Assembly: GCA_964016885.1 (NCBI GenBank)
Contig: OZ024741.1
Coordinates: 219,542,001-219,606,000 of the forward strand
Origin: Eledone cirrhosa
Taxonomy: Eukaryota
DNA: 64,000 nt
Direction: 5' to 3'
Translations under genes and position numbers: made by a program
In this document: one piece after another, positions 39,201 to 51,109 of the stretch
Layout: each line of letters opens with the position of its first letter
How positions within the stretch are numbered: position 1 is the stretch's first letter
The notes under the pieces: model-generated
Database searches by the model: none
Seen by the model: the letters and a program-made list of their open reading frames with translations, nothing else
What the model was told of the DNA's origin: nothing

Positions 39201-40970
39201 TTGTTGTTGGTGGTGATGCTTGTGGTGGTGATGGTGATGGTGGTGGTGTTGCTGCAAGTCTCCTTGCAGCTTTTACCCCTCTTTGTGTGCCTTTGCTTTT
39301 GGAGGATGAAGCTAAGGGGGTTTTTTTTGGGGTTTTTTTTTTTTGTGGCAGACCGTTTGCCACTTCCCTTCCGCCTCATACTCCATGTCAGAATCCGTGG
39401 CGTCTGGGAGGGGTATGAGCTCCACTGCTGTTGGTGGTGGTAGTGGAGCCCATTCCGGCGATTTTGCCGCTGGTATAGCTACTGAGACTGTTGGTGTTGC
39501 CGCCACTGTTGCCGCTGCTTTAGTTGTCCGTGGCCTTGGTATGGATGCCACGGACGTTGCCCTCCTACTCACCATGGAAGGGTCTCCTGCCTCTGTTGCC
39601 TGCCCTGCTCTTGGTAGCAGCGGATCAGGTGTTGGAAGGAGGGGGTCCTCTTCATGGCTGTCATCTGCAGGCAGAAGGCCCTGAAGTGACCCTTCTGCCC
39701 ACAGAGATAGCACTTTGGGCGCCTTCCTCTCATGTTTATAGGGAGTTGGTGCCCTTCTTCGGGGTCTATGATGTCTGGGATGGCCTCGATGCACTCCTGG
39801 TCAGTCTGTATTAGCATTTGCATGCCTATCCCTCACCAGTTCTCTCTTCCCATTCTCTGTATTTGCAGTCTTCTCCCCGATTCTAGCCAGTACAGACGTG
39901 GCCAGCCAAGGTATGGGCATGTCAGGCAGGACCTGGGTCACTTTGACCCTCACAATTTTCTGCCCGCAGTAGGAGGGCACGAAGACTATCTCCTCACTCT
40001 TTAGGGTTTCCAAAGAGTGAGACTTCGCCTCTTGGGAGGTGGCGAAAAGTACGTCTACTGTGGCATACTTTTTGCCTCGGGTGATGTGGGTTTTGCGCGC
40101 CCAGACGCACCCCAAGGCCTTTGGGCTCTCCCCACCCGATGTGACATTTTTCTTGCGGTGCGGTAAGTCACTGTGCGCAGCTGCTGGTCTTTGAAGAAAT
40201 CGGGTGGAGGTTTCAAGGAAACTCTATTGTCGTTTCTTGATACCATGGCTCTTGCGACTGCCATCTCCTCCTCCGTTACTAACACTGTCTCTATATTTCG
40301 GGCCACATCTGCGAAAGAACTGGCCCCTTATTCAGCGGCACCATTATTGCTGCCGCTACTGTTGCTACTGGTCTTGTTGTTGGTGCTGTTGCGGTTGCTA
40401 CTGCTACAAATGGTGTTGTTGGTGATGTTGCTGTTATCACTGTTGTAGTTGGTTGTGTTTTTGGTGTCACCGTTGTTGTTGTTTTCGGTGCAATTTGTGC
40501 TGTTGCTGTTGGTGTTGTCGTTGTTTATTTTCTTCTTAGTGGTGTTAATATTAAAGTTGCATTTGTTGTCATTTTTTTTCTGTTGTCTGTATTTTGGTTG
40601 ATGCTGTTATTGTTGTAGTTGGTGTGGTAATTTTTTCCAAATTAGTGTTCTCAGTGTTGTTGTCTTTGTTCACGTTGTTTGTGGTGGTGTTTGTTGTATG
40701 AATTTCACTAACCCTCCTCTCAACTGTCACACGACAGCAGACATATTGTTGGCGAGCATGGCTCAGCCATGTTTGTTTTAACATAATTTTTTAAAAAGTA
40801 AAATATTCAAATATTTGGGCCAAAAGGCTCAAATATTATACTTTCCCCTTCACGGGGCAAAGTCTAAGTGTTTATATCCCTTACACAACAAGAAATATTT
40901 AACAACAAATAATTTTAACAGGCAAATAAAGCGACTTACTGGGAGCGAGCAAAAGACGTCCGAACAGACC
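36268..40970 (-). mobile_element. Second Tx1-type LINE, decayed, with apparent 5' end retained and the ORF2 C-terminus deleted
   Basis: MAILRIGSINV, KSPGLDG, RPITLLN, DQSKAFDRVDH, AYADN; ORF1 CYLCGQKGHFRAFC. Jumps from EKNWSEV to the 3' UTR ending AGCCCTTGTAGCCAATAAAGAAACC(ATT)n. 5' start GGTCTGTTCGGACGTCTT next to (ATT)n. Confidence 0.9.
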
Positions 40971-40980
40971 AATAATAATA

Positions 40981-42868
40981 ATTGTTTCTACTTTAGGCAC
41001 AAGGCCAGCAATTATCCCAGCGCATTACTGGTACTTTATTTTATCGACCCCATAAGGATGAAAGACAAAGTCAACCTCGGCGGGATTTGAACTCAGATCG
41101 TAAAGGGACGTAACTATGCTGGAAAGCATGGCGTCCGACCCTCTACCGATACTGCCAATCCACCAGAATAATAATAATAATAATGGTTTCTTATATAGGC
41201 ACAAGGCCAGCAATTTTGGGGGAGGGGAAAGTCGATCAAATCGACCCCCAGTGTGTGACTTGTACTTTATTTTATCGATCCCGTAAGGATGAAAGGCAAA
41301 ATTAACCTCGGCGGGATTTGAACTTAGATCATAAATGGCCGTAACTCTATGCTGCAAAGCATGGTGTCCGACCCTCTACCGATACTGTCATTCCACCACC
41401 CTAATAATAATAACAATAATAATAATACTAATTTCTTTATGAGTCACATAGGGCTCACATTAAAGACACTACATGATGATGCAGTGAGGGTTTTTTTCTT
41501 GGGTAAAATAAAATTAATAACAGAGACTAGGAAAATAAACATTTGAAACAAACAACAAATTCCCCAAAGGTGACCCCTAAGGATCAGTTGTGTAAAAATC
41601 CCACCAAGGCCACGGCCACCCTGTCCGCTAGGGCAAAGTACCCTCTCCCAGTTTAATAACAATAATAGTAACAATAATAATTGTTTCTACTTTTGGCACA
41701 AGGCCAGCAATTACCCAGAGCATTACTGGTACTTTATTTTATCGACCCCGTAAGGATGAAAGGCAAAGTTAACCTCGGCGGGATTTGAACTCAGAATGGC
41801 AAGGGCCGTAACTCAATGCGTCAAGCATGGCGACCGACCCTCTACTGATACTGCCAATCCACCGCCCTTAGTAACAATAATAGTAATAATAATAGTAACA
41901 ATAATAATTGTTTCTACTTTAGGCACAAGGCCAGCAATTACTCAGTGCATTACTGGTACTTTATTTTATCGACCCCGTAAGGATGAAAGGCAAAGTTAAC
42001 CTTGGCGGGATTTGAACTCAGACTGTAAAGGGACGTAACTATGCTAGAAAGCATGGCGTCCGACCCTCTACCGATACTGCCAATTCACCGCCAATTCACA
42101 ATAATAATAATAATGGTTTTTGATTAAGGCACAAGACCAACAATTTTTGGGGAGGGGAAAGTTGATTATATCAACCCCAGTGGGTACTTTATTTCTTCGA
42201 CCATGTAAGGATGAAAGGTAAAGCTAACCTCAGCGGGGATTTGAAATTGGAATGTAAAGGGCCATAACTCTATGCTGCAAAACATGTTGTCTGATGTTCT
42301 GCCGATACTGCCAATTTACCACCCTTAATGATTTCTGATTCAAGCACAAGGCCAGCAATTCTGGGGAGAAAGGAGAGTCAATTAAATCGACCCCCGTGCA
42401 TTACTGGTACTTTCATCATTATCATTATCATCACTGTTTAATGTCCATTTTCCATGCTAGCATGGGTTAGACGGGTTGTCTTATTTGAGGCAAATCGAAG
42501 TCAGATGACCTTGTCTTGCTCATACTTTAATAATAAAGATAATAATAATGTAGGAATCCCACAAAAGCCATGGTTAGCCTGTCCACTAGATTTTGAACTC
42601 AGAACATAAAGAACCGTAACTATATACCACAGAGCATGTCCGACACTCTACCGATACTGCCAAATGGTGGAGATGATGATAATTGTTTCTACTTTTGGCA
42701 CAAGGCCAGCAATTATCCCAATTCATTACTGGTTCTTTATTTTATCGACCCCGTAAGGATGAAAGGCAAAGTTAACCACGGTGGAATTTGAACTCAGACC
42801 ATAAAGGGCCGTAACACTTTGCTGCAAAGCATGGCGTCCGACCCTCCACCGATACTGCCAATCCACCA
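40981..42868 (-). mobile_element. Cluster of at least 6 full-length SINE-A copies plus fragments, all in the same orientation, mostly separated by (AAT)n
   Basis: Copies at ~40981-41165, 41185-41401, 41680-41868, 41908-42092, 42114-42325 and 42682-42868, plus partial ones. Confidence 0.9.
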
Positions 42869-43269
42869 GTGATGGTGATAATGATGGTAGTGAAGGGGTG
42901 TGTCCTATTGGTATGGGTGTTGGACTTACAATCATAATGTCATCTGTTCTATTCCTGGATCAAGTTGTCTATTGTGTTCTTGAGCAAAACACATCATTTC
43001 ACTTTGCTACAGTCAACTCAGCTGAAAATGAGTACCAGCAATAGCTGGGGGTTGACCCGACGATGGACTGGCGTCATGTCCACGGTGAAGTCTGTACTCT
43101 CAGTTGCTTCACACCACAAAACTGGGATAAGCACCTCCCTAACAAGGATTCTGGCTTGTGACTGTCTTTCGAATGGTGGTGATACTGACAATGGTAATGA
43201 TGGTCATGGTGATGATGTGTTGTATTGCTAATAGAGTCATCTTTTTCCTAAACCATTCCAGTTGTCTTC

Positions 43270-43930
43270 CTCCCCTTCACAGTCTTACCTCCCTTCCTCT
43301 TCACAGTCTTCCCTCTTCACAGTCTTGTCTCCTTTCCCTCTTCACAGTTTTGTCTCCCCTGCCCTTCACAGTCTTACCTCCCTTCCCCTTCACAGTCTTA
43401 CCTCCCTTCTTCTTAACAGTCTTGTCTCCCTTCCTCTTCACAGTCTTGCCTCCTTTCCTCTTCACTGTCTTACCTCCCTTCCCCTTCACAGTCTTACCTC
43501 CCTTCCTCTTAACAGTCTTGTCTCCCTTCCTCTTCACAGTCTTGCCTCCTTTCCTCTTCACAGTCATACCTCCCTTCCTCTTCACAGTCTTACCACCTTC
43601 CCTCTTCACAGTCATACCTCCCTTCCCCTTCACAGTCTTACCTCCCTTCCTCCTAACAGTCTTACCTCTCTTCTTCTTCACTGTCTTACCTCTCTTCCCT
43701 CTTCACAGTCTTGTCTCCCTTCCCTCTTCACTGTCTTACCTCCCTTCCCTCTTCACAGTCTTGTCTCCCTTCCTCTTCACTGTCTTACCTCTCTTCCCTC
43801 TTCACAGTCTTGTCTCCCTTCCCTCTTCACAGTCTTGTCTCCCTTCCTCTTCACTGTCTTACCTCTCTTCCCTCTTCACAGTCTTGTCTCCCTTCCCTCT
43901 TCACAGTCTTACCACCTTTCTTCTTCACAG
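43270..43930 (+). repeat. 24-25-bp polypyrimidine minisatellite, most units ending TTCACAG, abutting exon D
   Basis: Unit TCTT(A/G)(C/T)CTCCCTTCCTCTTCACAG, about 25-27 copies. Confidence 0.95.
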
Positions 43931-44099
43931 ACAACAGAAGATCAATGAAGCAACCAAGCGAGATGCTCTCCCTAAAATGTACGATGAAGAAATAATCAAC
44001 CTCCAGAGGGAGTTGGAAGAGAAAAGGTCCCAAAGAAAAAATAGGAACAATCTGACCATCTTGGAACATTCCAAAAGCAAACATGCTCCAAAAATAGTG
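43931..44099 (+). CDS. CFAP99: CFAP99-like exon D (phase 2 to 0)
   Basis: ttcttcacag|ACAACAG...ATAGTG|gtattt. (R)QQKINEATKRDALPKMYDEEIINLQRELEEKRSQRKNRNNLTILEHSKSKHAPKIV, coiled-coil-like and phase-compatible with exon C. Confidence 0.75.
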
Positions 44100-45560
44100 G
44101 TATTTATTTTGTTTTCTGTTTTTTTATTTACTTATTTTGTTTTCTGTTTTTTTTTATTATTTTATTTATTTTGTTTCTCTGTTTTTTTATTATTTACTTA
44201 TTTTTTCTGTTTTTATTTATTTATTTATTTATTTATTTTGTTTTCTGTTTTTTATTATTTCATTTATTTTGTTTTCTGATTTTTTAATTATTTTATTTAT
44301 TTATCTTGTTTTCTGTGTTTTTATTATTTACTTATTTTGTTTTCTGTTTTTTAATTATTTTATTTATTTTGTTTTCTGTTGTTTTTTTATCTGTTTTGTT
44401 TTCTGTTGTTTTTTTTTATTTATTTATTTTGATTTCTGTTTTTTTTTTCATATTTTATTTATTTTGTTTTTTTTTCTTTTATTTATTTTGTGTTCTGTTT
44501 TTTTAATTATTTTATTCGGTTATCTTTTTCTGTTTTTATTCATTTTTTTTGTTTTCTGTTTTTATTCATTTATTTTGTTTTCTGTTTTTATTCATTTATT
44601 TTGTTTTCTTTTTTTATTCATTTATTTTGTTTTCTGTTTTTATTCATTTATTTTGTTTTCTGTTTTTTAAACTTTTTTTATTAAATTTATTTTCTGTTTT
44701 TTATTATTTTATTTTTTCCTGTTTTTTTATTATTTTATTTATTTATTTGTTTCATATTTTTAAATATTATTTTATTTATTTATTTATTTAGAGCGGTGGA
44801 TTGGCAGTATCGGTAGAGGGTCAGACACCATGCTTTCCAGCATAGTTACGTCCCTTTACGATCTGAGTTCAAATCCCGCCGAGGTTGACTTTGCCTTTCA
44901 TCCTTACGAGGTCGATAAAATAAAGTACCAGTAATGCACTGGGATAATTGATGGCCTTGTGCCAAAAGTAGAAACAATTATTTTATTTATTTTGTTTTCT
45001 GTTTTTTTTATTTTCTTATTTATTTTATTTATATTATTTATTTATTTTGTTTATCTATTTTGTTTTCCTTTTTTTTATTATTTTATTTATTTATTTTGTT
45101 TTATGTTTTTTAATTATTTTATTTATTTTGTTTGTTTTTTTAATTATTTTGTGTATTTATTTTGTTTTTTTAATTTTTTTAATTACTTTATTATTTTGTT
45201 TTCTGTTTTTTAATAACTTCATTTATTTTGTTTTCTGTTTGTTAAATTATTTTATTTATATATATTGTTTTCTGTTTTTATGTATTGATTTTGTTATCTG
45301 TTTTTTATTTACTTATTTCGTTTCTGTTTTTTAAATTGTATATCTATTTTGTTTTGTTTTCTGTTATTTATGTATTTATTTATATATTTTTATTAATTTT
45401 TATTTATTTATTTGTTTTTATTTATTTTTATTTATTTTTATATTTTTATTCTTTTATTTATTTTTATTTATTTTTATTTTTTTATTTATTTTTATTTATT
45501 TATTTTTATTATTTTTTATTTATTTATTTATTTCATTTATTTTTTTCTATTTAACTATTT
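44100..45560. repeat. T-rich low-complexity tract (TTTA/TTTTG/TTTTCTG) interrupted by a SINE-A at 44791-44978
   Basis: Direct reading. Confidence 0.9.
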
Positions 45561-45568
45561 ATTTAAAG

Positions 45569-45595
45569 CAGCTATCCTACCATGCCAGATTGTAG
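45569..45595 (+). CDS. Possible terminal coding exon of the CFAP99-like gene (QLSYHARL*)
   Basis: First AG after the long T-rich tract, phase 0, with a stop codon and AATAAA at 45611. No homology support. Confidence 0.3.
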   Translation, partial: QLSYHARL

Positions 45596-46950
45596 TTGTG
45601 GTAGTGCCACAATAAAACGACCCCTCCCACTCAGGTATATGTATAGGGAATCAATCCATCTATAAAAAAGCAAGTTAATATAGGGAGGAATACATAGGCC
45701 AGATGTAGTCCATCTGATATGATTGGTTTTAATACAGGACAATCCATCCAACCCATGCAAGCATAGAAAATAGGTGTTAAATGGAGATGATAATGTATGA
45801 TAATGTAATGATGATGCTGATGCTGATATGTATATATGTATATATATATATATATATATATGTGTGTGAAGGTGTGTGGCTGAGTGGTTAGAGAATTGGA
45901 TTCACAATATTGAGGTTGTGAGTTCGATTCCTGGACCAGGTGATGCGTTATGACCTTGAGCAAGACACTTTATTTCACGTTGCTCTTTCTACCTGGAGTT
46001 GTGACCGATAGATAGTACTAGCAACTGGAAAGACCAACGGAAACATTGTTTCCTCGGTCCAATTTGACTAAAGTTGATCAATCTTTTTTTTATGTGTGTA
46101 TATATGGATGTATATGTATGTATATATGTATGTATGTTTATATGTATATATATGTATATATGTGTGTGCATGTATGTATAAATATATATATGTGTGTATA
46201 TCATCATCATCGTTTTATGTCCACTTTCCAGGCTAGCATGGGTTAGACGTGTTGTCCAATTAGAGGCAAGTTGGGTCAGGTGACCGTGTGTTACTCATAT
46301 AGAACTGCTTCTGGCTAGGTTTCTACAGCTGGATGCCCTCCCTAAAGCCAACCACATTTACTATGTGTGCTAGGTGATTTTTGTTGTGACACCTACATGA
46401 CCACTTTACAGTGTGGAATAGGTGCTTTTTGTCATGACACCTACACTGCCACTTTACATGTGTATATATATATATGTATCTGTATATATAAGTCTGAAAC
46501 TAAGATTTGTTTGTACCTCTATTTTGTCGTTTCCTTGAACTATATATATGTATGTTTGTATATGTGTATGTATGCATGTATATATATATGTGTACTTTCT
46601 TCTGTCCTGATAACTTAATTTAGTTATCGCTCGCACTGATTTTAGGTATCTAGTCTTTAATGTGAACAAATACCAATGATAATCAGCAGGCTACTGATGA
46701 TGGACATTCATGTTTCTCGGTCTATTTTCATTCATATGTTCATATACGCAGCATGCCATTTTTCATTCTCATATTTGTTTTCCCCTCGCTGTGGTTCGTA
46801 TTTTTCTGCCACCATGTTACTGCTATCCTCTTTCTCTCTCCTCCTTCTCTCTCCTTTACCTCTTGCTTTCTTCCACCCCTGCTGCTGGTTACACACTCTC
46901 AGCTGGCCTCCTCACACTTTCACTCACTCACTCTCTGCTACTCCTCCTCT

Positions 46951-47150
46951 NNNNNNNNNNNNNNNNNNNNNNNNNNNNNNNNNNNNNNNNNNNNNNNNNN
47001 NNNNNNNNNNNNNNNNNNNNNNNNNNNNNNNNNNNNNNNNNNNNNNNNNNNNNNNNNNNNNNNNNNNNNNNNNNNNNNNNNNNNNNNNNNNNNNNNNNNN
47101 NNNNNNNNNNNNNNNNNNNNNNNNNNNNNNNNNNNNNNNNNNNNNNNNNN
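46951..47150. other. Assembly gap (200 N)
   Basis: Run of exactly 200 N, probably a fixed-length scaffolding gap. Confidence 0.99.
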
Positions 47151-47773
47151 AGCTGGATGCCCTTCCTAATGCCAACCTCATTTACATTGAGTACTGGGTG
47201 TTTTTTGTCATGACACCTATACAACCACTTAATGCAAAAATGGTCAGCAACAAATTTATCGTCAAGATTCCAGACATCACTCACTCACAGGGTGAGGTGG
47301 AACTCATCAAATTAGACCAAGGAAACAATGTTTCCATTGGTTTTTCCATTTCTGGTACTATCTACTGGTTGCAACTCCTGGCGGAAAGAACAACGTGAAA
47401 TAAAGTGTCTTGCTCAAGGATATAACACATTGTCTGGTCTGGGAATCAAACTTCATGATTGGGAATACAATTCTCTAACAACTAAGCTACATGCCTTCAC
47501 AAAGATATGGTTAGGGAGAGAGAAGGCTGGAGAGGAATAAGTGGGGATGGCAATTAAATTGATACCAGTATTTAATTGGTACTTTATTTTATCGATCCTG
47601 AAAGGTTGAAAGGCAAAGTTGATCGCAGTGGGATTTGAACTCAAAATGTGAAGAGCCATAACCAAATACTATGAAGTATTTTGTCTAATGCTCTAATGAT
47701 TCTGCCAATATATCACCCTTGTGGTTAGTATAAAAATATAATTAATTAAGGAAAACAAATCCTCCCTACTAAC

Positions 47774-47926
47774 CTCATTAAGCAAATACCACCACAGTTT
47801 GATACACAATTTCTGCCTGTGGGTTTCACCGTGGCCCCATTTCCACATGTACCAAACACTAATCCTCCCCATTGTAAGAAAGGAATAAGCATAATGAGGA
47901 TGCCAAATGGGACCCAAATGGCTAGC
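47774..47926 (-). CDS. PROM1: Prominin-like exon (153 bp; transmembrane segment plus Cys-rich loop)
   Basis: tttccag|G...ATGAG|gttagt. (W)LAIWVPFGILIMLIPFLQWGGLVFGTCGNGATVKPTGRNCVSNCGGICLM matches the prominin G.CG......PT.R.CVSN.GG..LM signature. Confidence 0.92.
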
Positions 47927-47980
47927 CTGGAAATAGAGGAAGAAAAAAGAACATGAAATAAATAATGTACTTTGGTAGTC

Positions 47981-48700
47981 GAAACTAAAACAATTACATT
48001 GTGGAAGAGTCAGTTTAGACACTGTTGTACATGTCTGACAAGTGACTTGATCTGAGATTGTGTTGAAACTAAAACAATGACATCATGGAAAAGTCATTTT
48101 AGCCACAGTTGTACATGTCTGGCAAGTGACTTGATCTGAGATTGTGTTGAAACTAAAACAATGACATCATGGAAAAGTCATTTTAGCCACAGTTGTACAT
48201 GTCTGGCAAGTGACTTGATCTGAGATTGTGTTGAAACTAAAACAATGACATCATGGAAAAGTCATTTTAGCCACAGTTGTACATGTCTGACAAGTGACTT
48301 GATCTGAGATTGTGTTGAAACTAAAACAATGACATCATGGAAAAGTCATTTTAGCCACAGTTGTACTTGTCTGGCAAGTGACTTGATCTGAGATTGTGTT
48401 GAAACTAAAACAATAACATCATGGAAAAGTCATTTTAGCCACAGTTGTACTTGTCTGGCAAGTGACTTGATCTGAGATTGTGTTGAAACTAAAACAATGA
48501 CATCATGGAAAAGTCATTTTAGCCACAGTTGCACTTGTCTGGCAAGTGACTTGATCTGAGATTGAAACTAAAACAATGACATTGTAAAGAGTCATTTTAG
48601 CCACAGTTGTACATGTCTGGCAAGTGTCTTGATCTGAGACTGTGTTGAAACTAAAGTACATTGTGGAAGAGTCATTTTAGAAACGGTTGTGCATGTCTGA
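47981..48700 (-). repeat. 84-bp tandem satellite, about 8.5 copies, reverse complement of the 17549-18430 array
   Basis: Unit GTACATGTCTGGCAAGTGACTTGATCTGAGATTGTGTTGAAACTAAAACAATGACATCATGGAAAAGTCATTTTAGCCACAGTT. Confidence 0.97.
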
Positions 48701-49580
48701 TATTTGGTCATCATCAACTGCTCTACATTGTGGGCAGCCCGGCCCAGGTTTATGGGAAAGTGATAAAGTTGCCACCAAGAAAAATATCATGATATGTGGC
48801 ATCTCTGATGAGTAACCTGCCTCCCTTTAAATGGGAAAATGTTTATCACATCTGAACACCTAAGATCACTATGACCATGTGACAATAGATTCCATTTATG
48901 ATGGGAAATCTATCAAAATCAAAGTTTCTCTTAATATCGTCATTCAGAGCAGTTTGGTAATGGAAGCATCTGATGCTGTAACAATAACAGAGCAAGTGTA
49001 GTCAAAAACAGTGGCATTTGTGGGGCTCTTGATCGCTTGTACTCCTTTTTGTATGCATATTTGGACCTATAACTCCTGATGGAGTCGTAGGGTGCCATAT
49101 TGACATACAGCATTTCTTGGGCATTTTAAAACCTGATGGAGCCCAACTCGTCTTCAGGTTTAACCCTTTAGCATTTACATTATGTTCAGTCAGCTGACCT
49201 TGTCTTGCTCATACGGGAACAGATTCTGGCTTGATTTCTACAACTGGTTGCCTTTCCTAACACCAACCTCATTTACAGTGAGTGCTGGATGCTTTTTTCC
49301 GTGGCGTCTACACGTCCACTTTAGAGTGTGGGCTGGGTGCTTTTTTGCTATGGCACCTCCATGATCACTTTGCAGTGGTCATCTCATTTCTACAGCTGAG
49401 TAAACTGGAGCAATGTGAAATAAAGTGTCTTGCTCAAGGAAACAACACATCACCCGGTCCAAGTATTGAACTCACAACCTTTGAAATGCAAGCCCAATGC
49501 TCTAACCATTAAGCCATGTGCTTTGTTAATTTACTCATGTTTATATATTGATATATGTGGTAATTCCACAAAGAACCAAC

Positions 49581-49648
49581 CATATTTTTTGGTATTCGGA
49601 TTTATATTGATCAAAGCTTTGTGCAATGTCATTTTCCTTCACTGAGGT
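49581..49648 (-). CDS. PROM1: Prominin-like exon (68 bp, phase 0 to 2)
   Basis: ttttgtag|ACC...ATATG|gttggt. Encodes TSVKENDIAQSFDQYKSEYQKI, and TG+G gives Trp, linking the flanking exons in frame. Confidence 0.8.
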
Positions 49649-49894
49649 CTACAAAATAAAACAAACCAGAAAAATGAAATTAAGTTAATATTAGAAATCT
49701 GGATGTATAATATTGTATGAATTTTATTAAGTTTGTTGTCATTATATAAATCAAATCCCGCCAAGGTTAACTTTGCCTTTCATCCTTACAGGGTTGATAA
49801 AATAAAGTACCAGTAATGCACTGATTTAATTGCTGGCCTTGTGCCAAAAGTAGAAACAATTATATAAATCTGAGTCTAAAAAGTAAAAAAACAA

Positions 49895-50290
49895 TCTGTC
49901 CCAGCCAGATGCTCATCAGACAGAAGTTAATCCTTGTTACATTGGTGCTTAGTGATTGGGTGTATAAGGTTTCCCTTAGACAGGAAACTAGTCCATTGCA
50001 GGGTTAAAGTCTGTCCCAAGTCTAGAGGTTCATCAGGCCAGATATTATCCTTGTTTCATAGGTGTTAAGTGACTGAAAGCACAATGCTTCCCCTGGACAA
50101 GACATAAGTTAATTACCAGGTTAAAGTCTGTCCCATCAGGCCAGATGTTATCCTTGTTTCATAGGTGTTAAGGACTGAAAGCACAATGCTTCCCCTGGTC
50201 AAGACATAAGTTAATTACCAGGTTAAAGTCTGTCCCATCAGGCCAGAGATTATCCTTATTTCATTGGTGTTAAGTGACTGAAAGCACAAG
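49895..50290. repeat. ~100-bp tandem repeat, about 4 copies
   Basis: GTTAAAGTCTGTCCCATCAGGCCAGATGTTATCCTTGTTTCATAGGTGTTAAGTGACTGAAAGCACAA recurring. Confidence 0.85.
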
Positions 50291-50353
50291 ACTTCAGATG
50301 ACAGCTAATTTAACTAAAACATTATAAAAACACAAATCAGAGGTATTGCTTAC

Positions 50354-50445
50354 AAAAGTCTCATTGATTTGTTTTTTAAGATCCTTGGTGGTTTTCTTGT
50401 AATCCTTGACTGTAACTCTAAAGTCATTGATGACTTTTATTGCAT
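50354..50445 (-). CDS. PROM1: Prominin-like exon (92 bp, phase 1 to 0)
   Basis: ttttttgcag|AT...TTT|gtaagc. (D)AIKVINDFRVTVKDYKKTTKDLKKQINETF. Confidence 0.85.
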
Positions 50446-51109
50446 CTGCAAAAAAGAAAAAATCAATATAATCAATAATCAATGTCATGATCATCCTTAG
50501 GATCAGTTAGATGTCAATGACCTTGGCTCAAACCTTTGGTCTATAATATCACCCCCACCACACCAAAAAATAACAACATAAAATGCAGATATCTCCCATG
50601 GGGGCAGGCCGAACATCCAGTGAAGTCCTGTGGTCATGTAGGTGACACAGCAAAAAAGCACCCAGTCCACACTGTAGAGTGGTCATGATGGTGACATGGC
50701 AAAAAAGCACCCAGTCCACACTGTAAAGTGGTCATGATGGTGACATGGCAAAAAAGCACCCAGTCCATACTGTAAAGTGGTCATGTAGGTGTTCGACAAA
50801 ATGCACCCAGTACTCACTGTAAATGAGGTTGGTGTTAGGAAGGGCATCCCACTGTAGAAAACAGGTCAAAGCCAGTTCTGTATGAGCAAGACTTGATCAC
50901 CTGACCTAGCATTGGCCACAACAGGACAACTCATCTACCTCATGCTAGCTTGGAAGAATGGGTGTAAAACAGGGATGATGGTGATGATGATGAATGCTGC
51001 ATGCCTCTCAGGAACATGGAGAGACAGTATAAGACTTGCATGCAACTGTCAATGATATAATTGGGGAATGGGAAGGGCTAAGTTAATTATATCAATCACA
51101 GTATATAAC

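Noticed and set aside
44137-45615. F/L/I/Y-rich membrane-protein-like ORFs
   Set aside because: Translation of a T-rich low-complexity tract.
47216-47400. Possible next exon of either gene
   Set aside because: Most of it is the reverse complement of the SINE-associated sequence at 45960-46075, so it is repeat-derived.
48700-49160. Unique-looking stretch with CTGATGA and coding-like composition
   Set aside because: No stem I/II pairing for a hammerhead, stops in the frames examined, and no family recognised.
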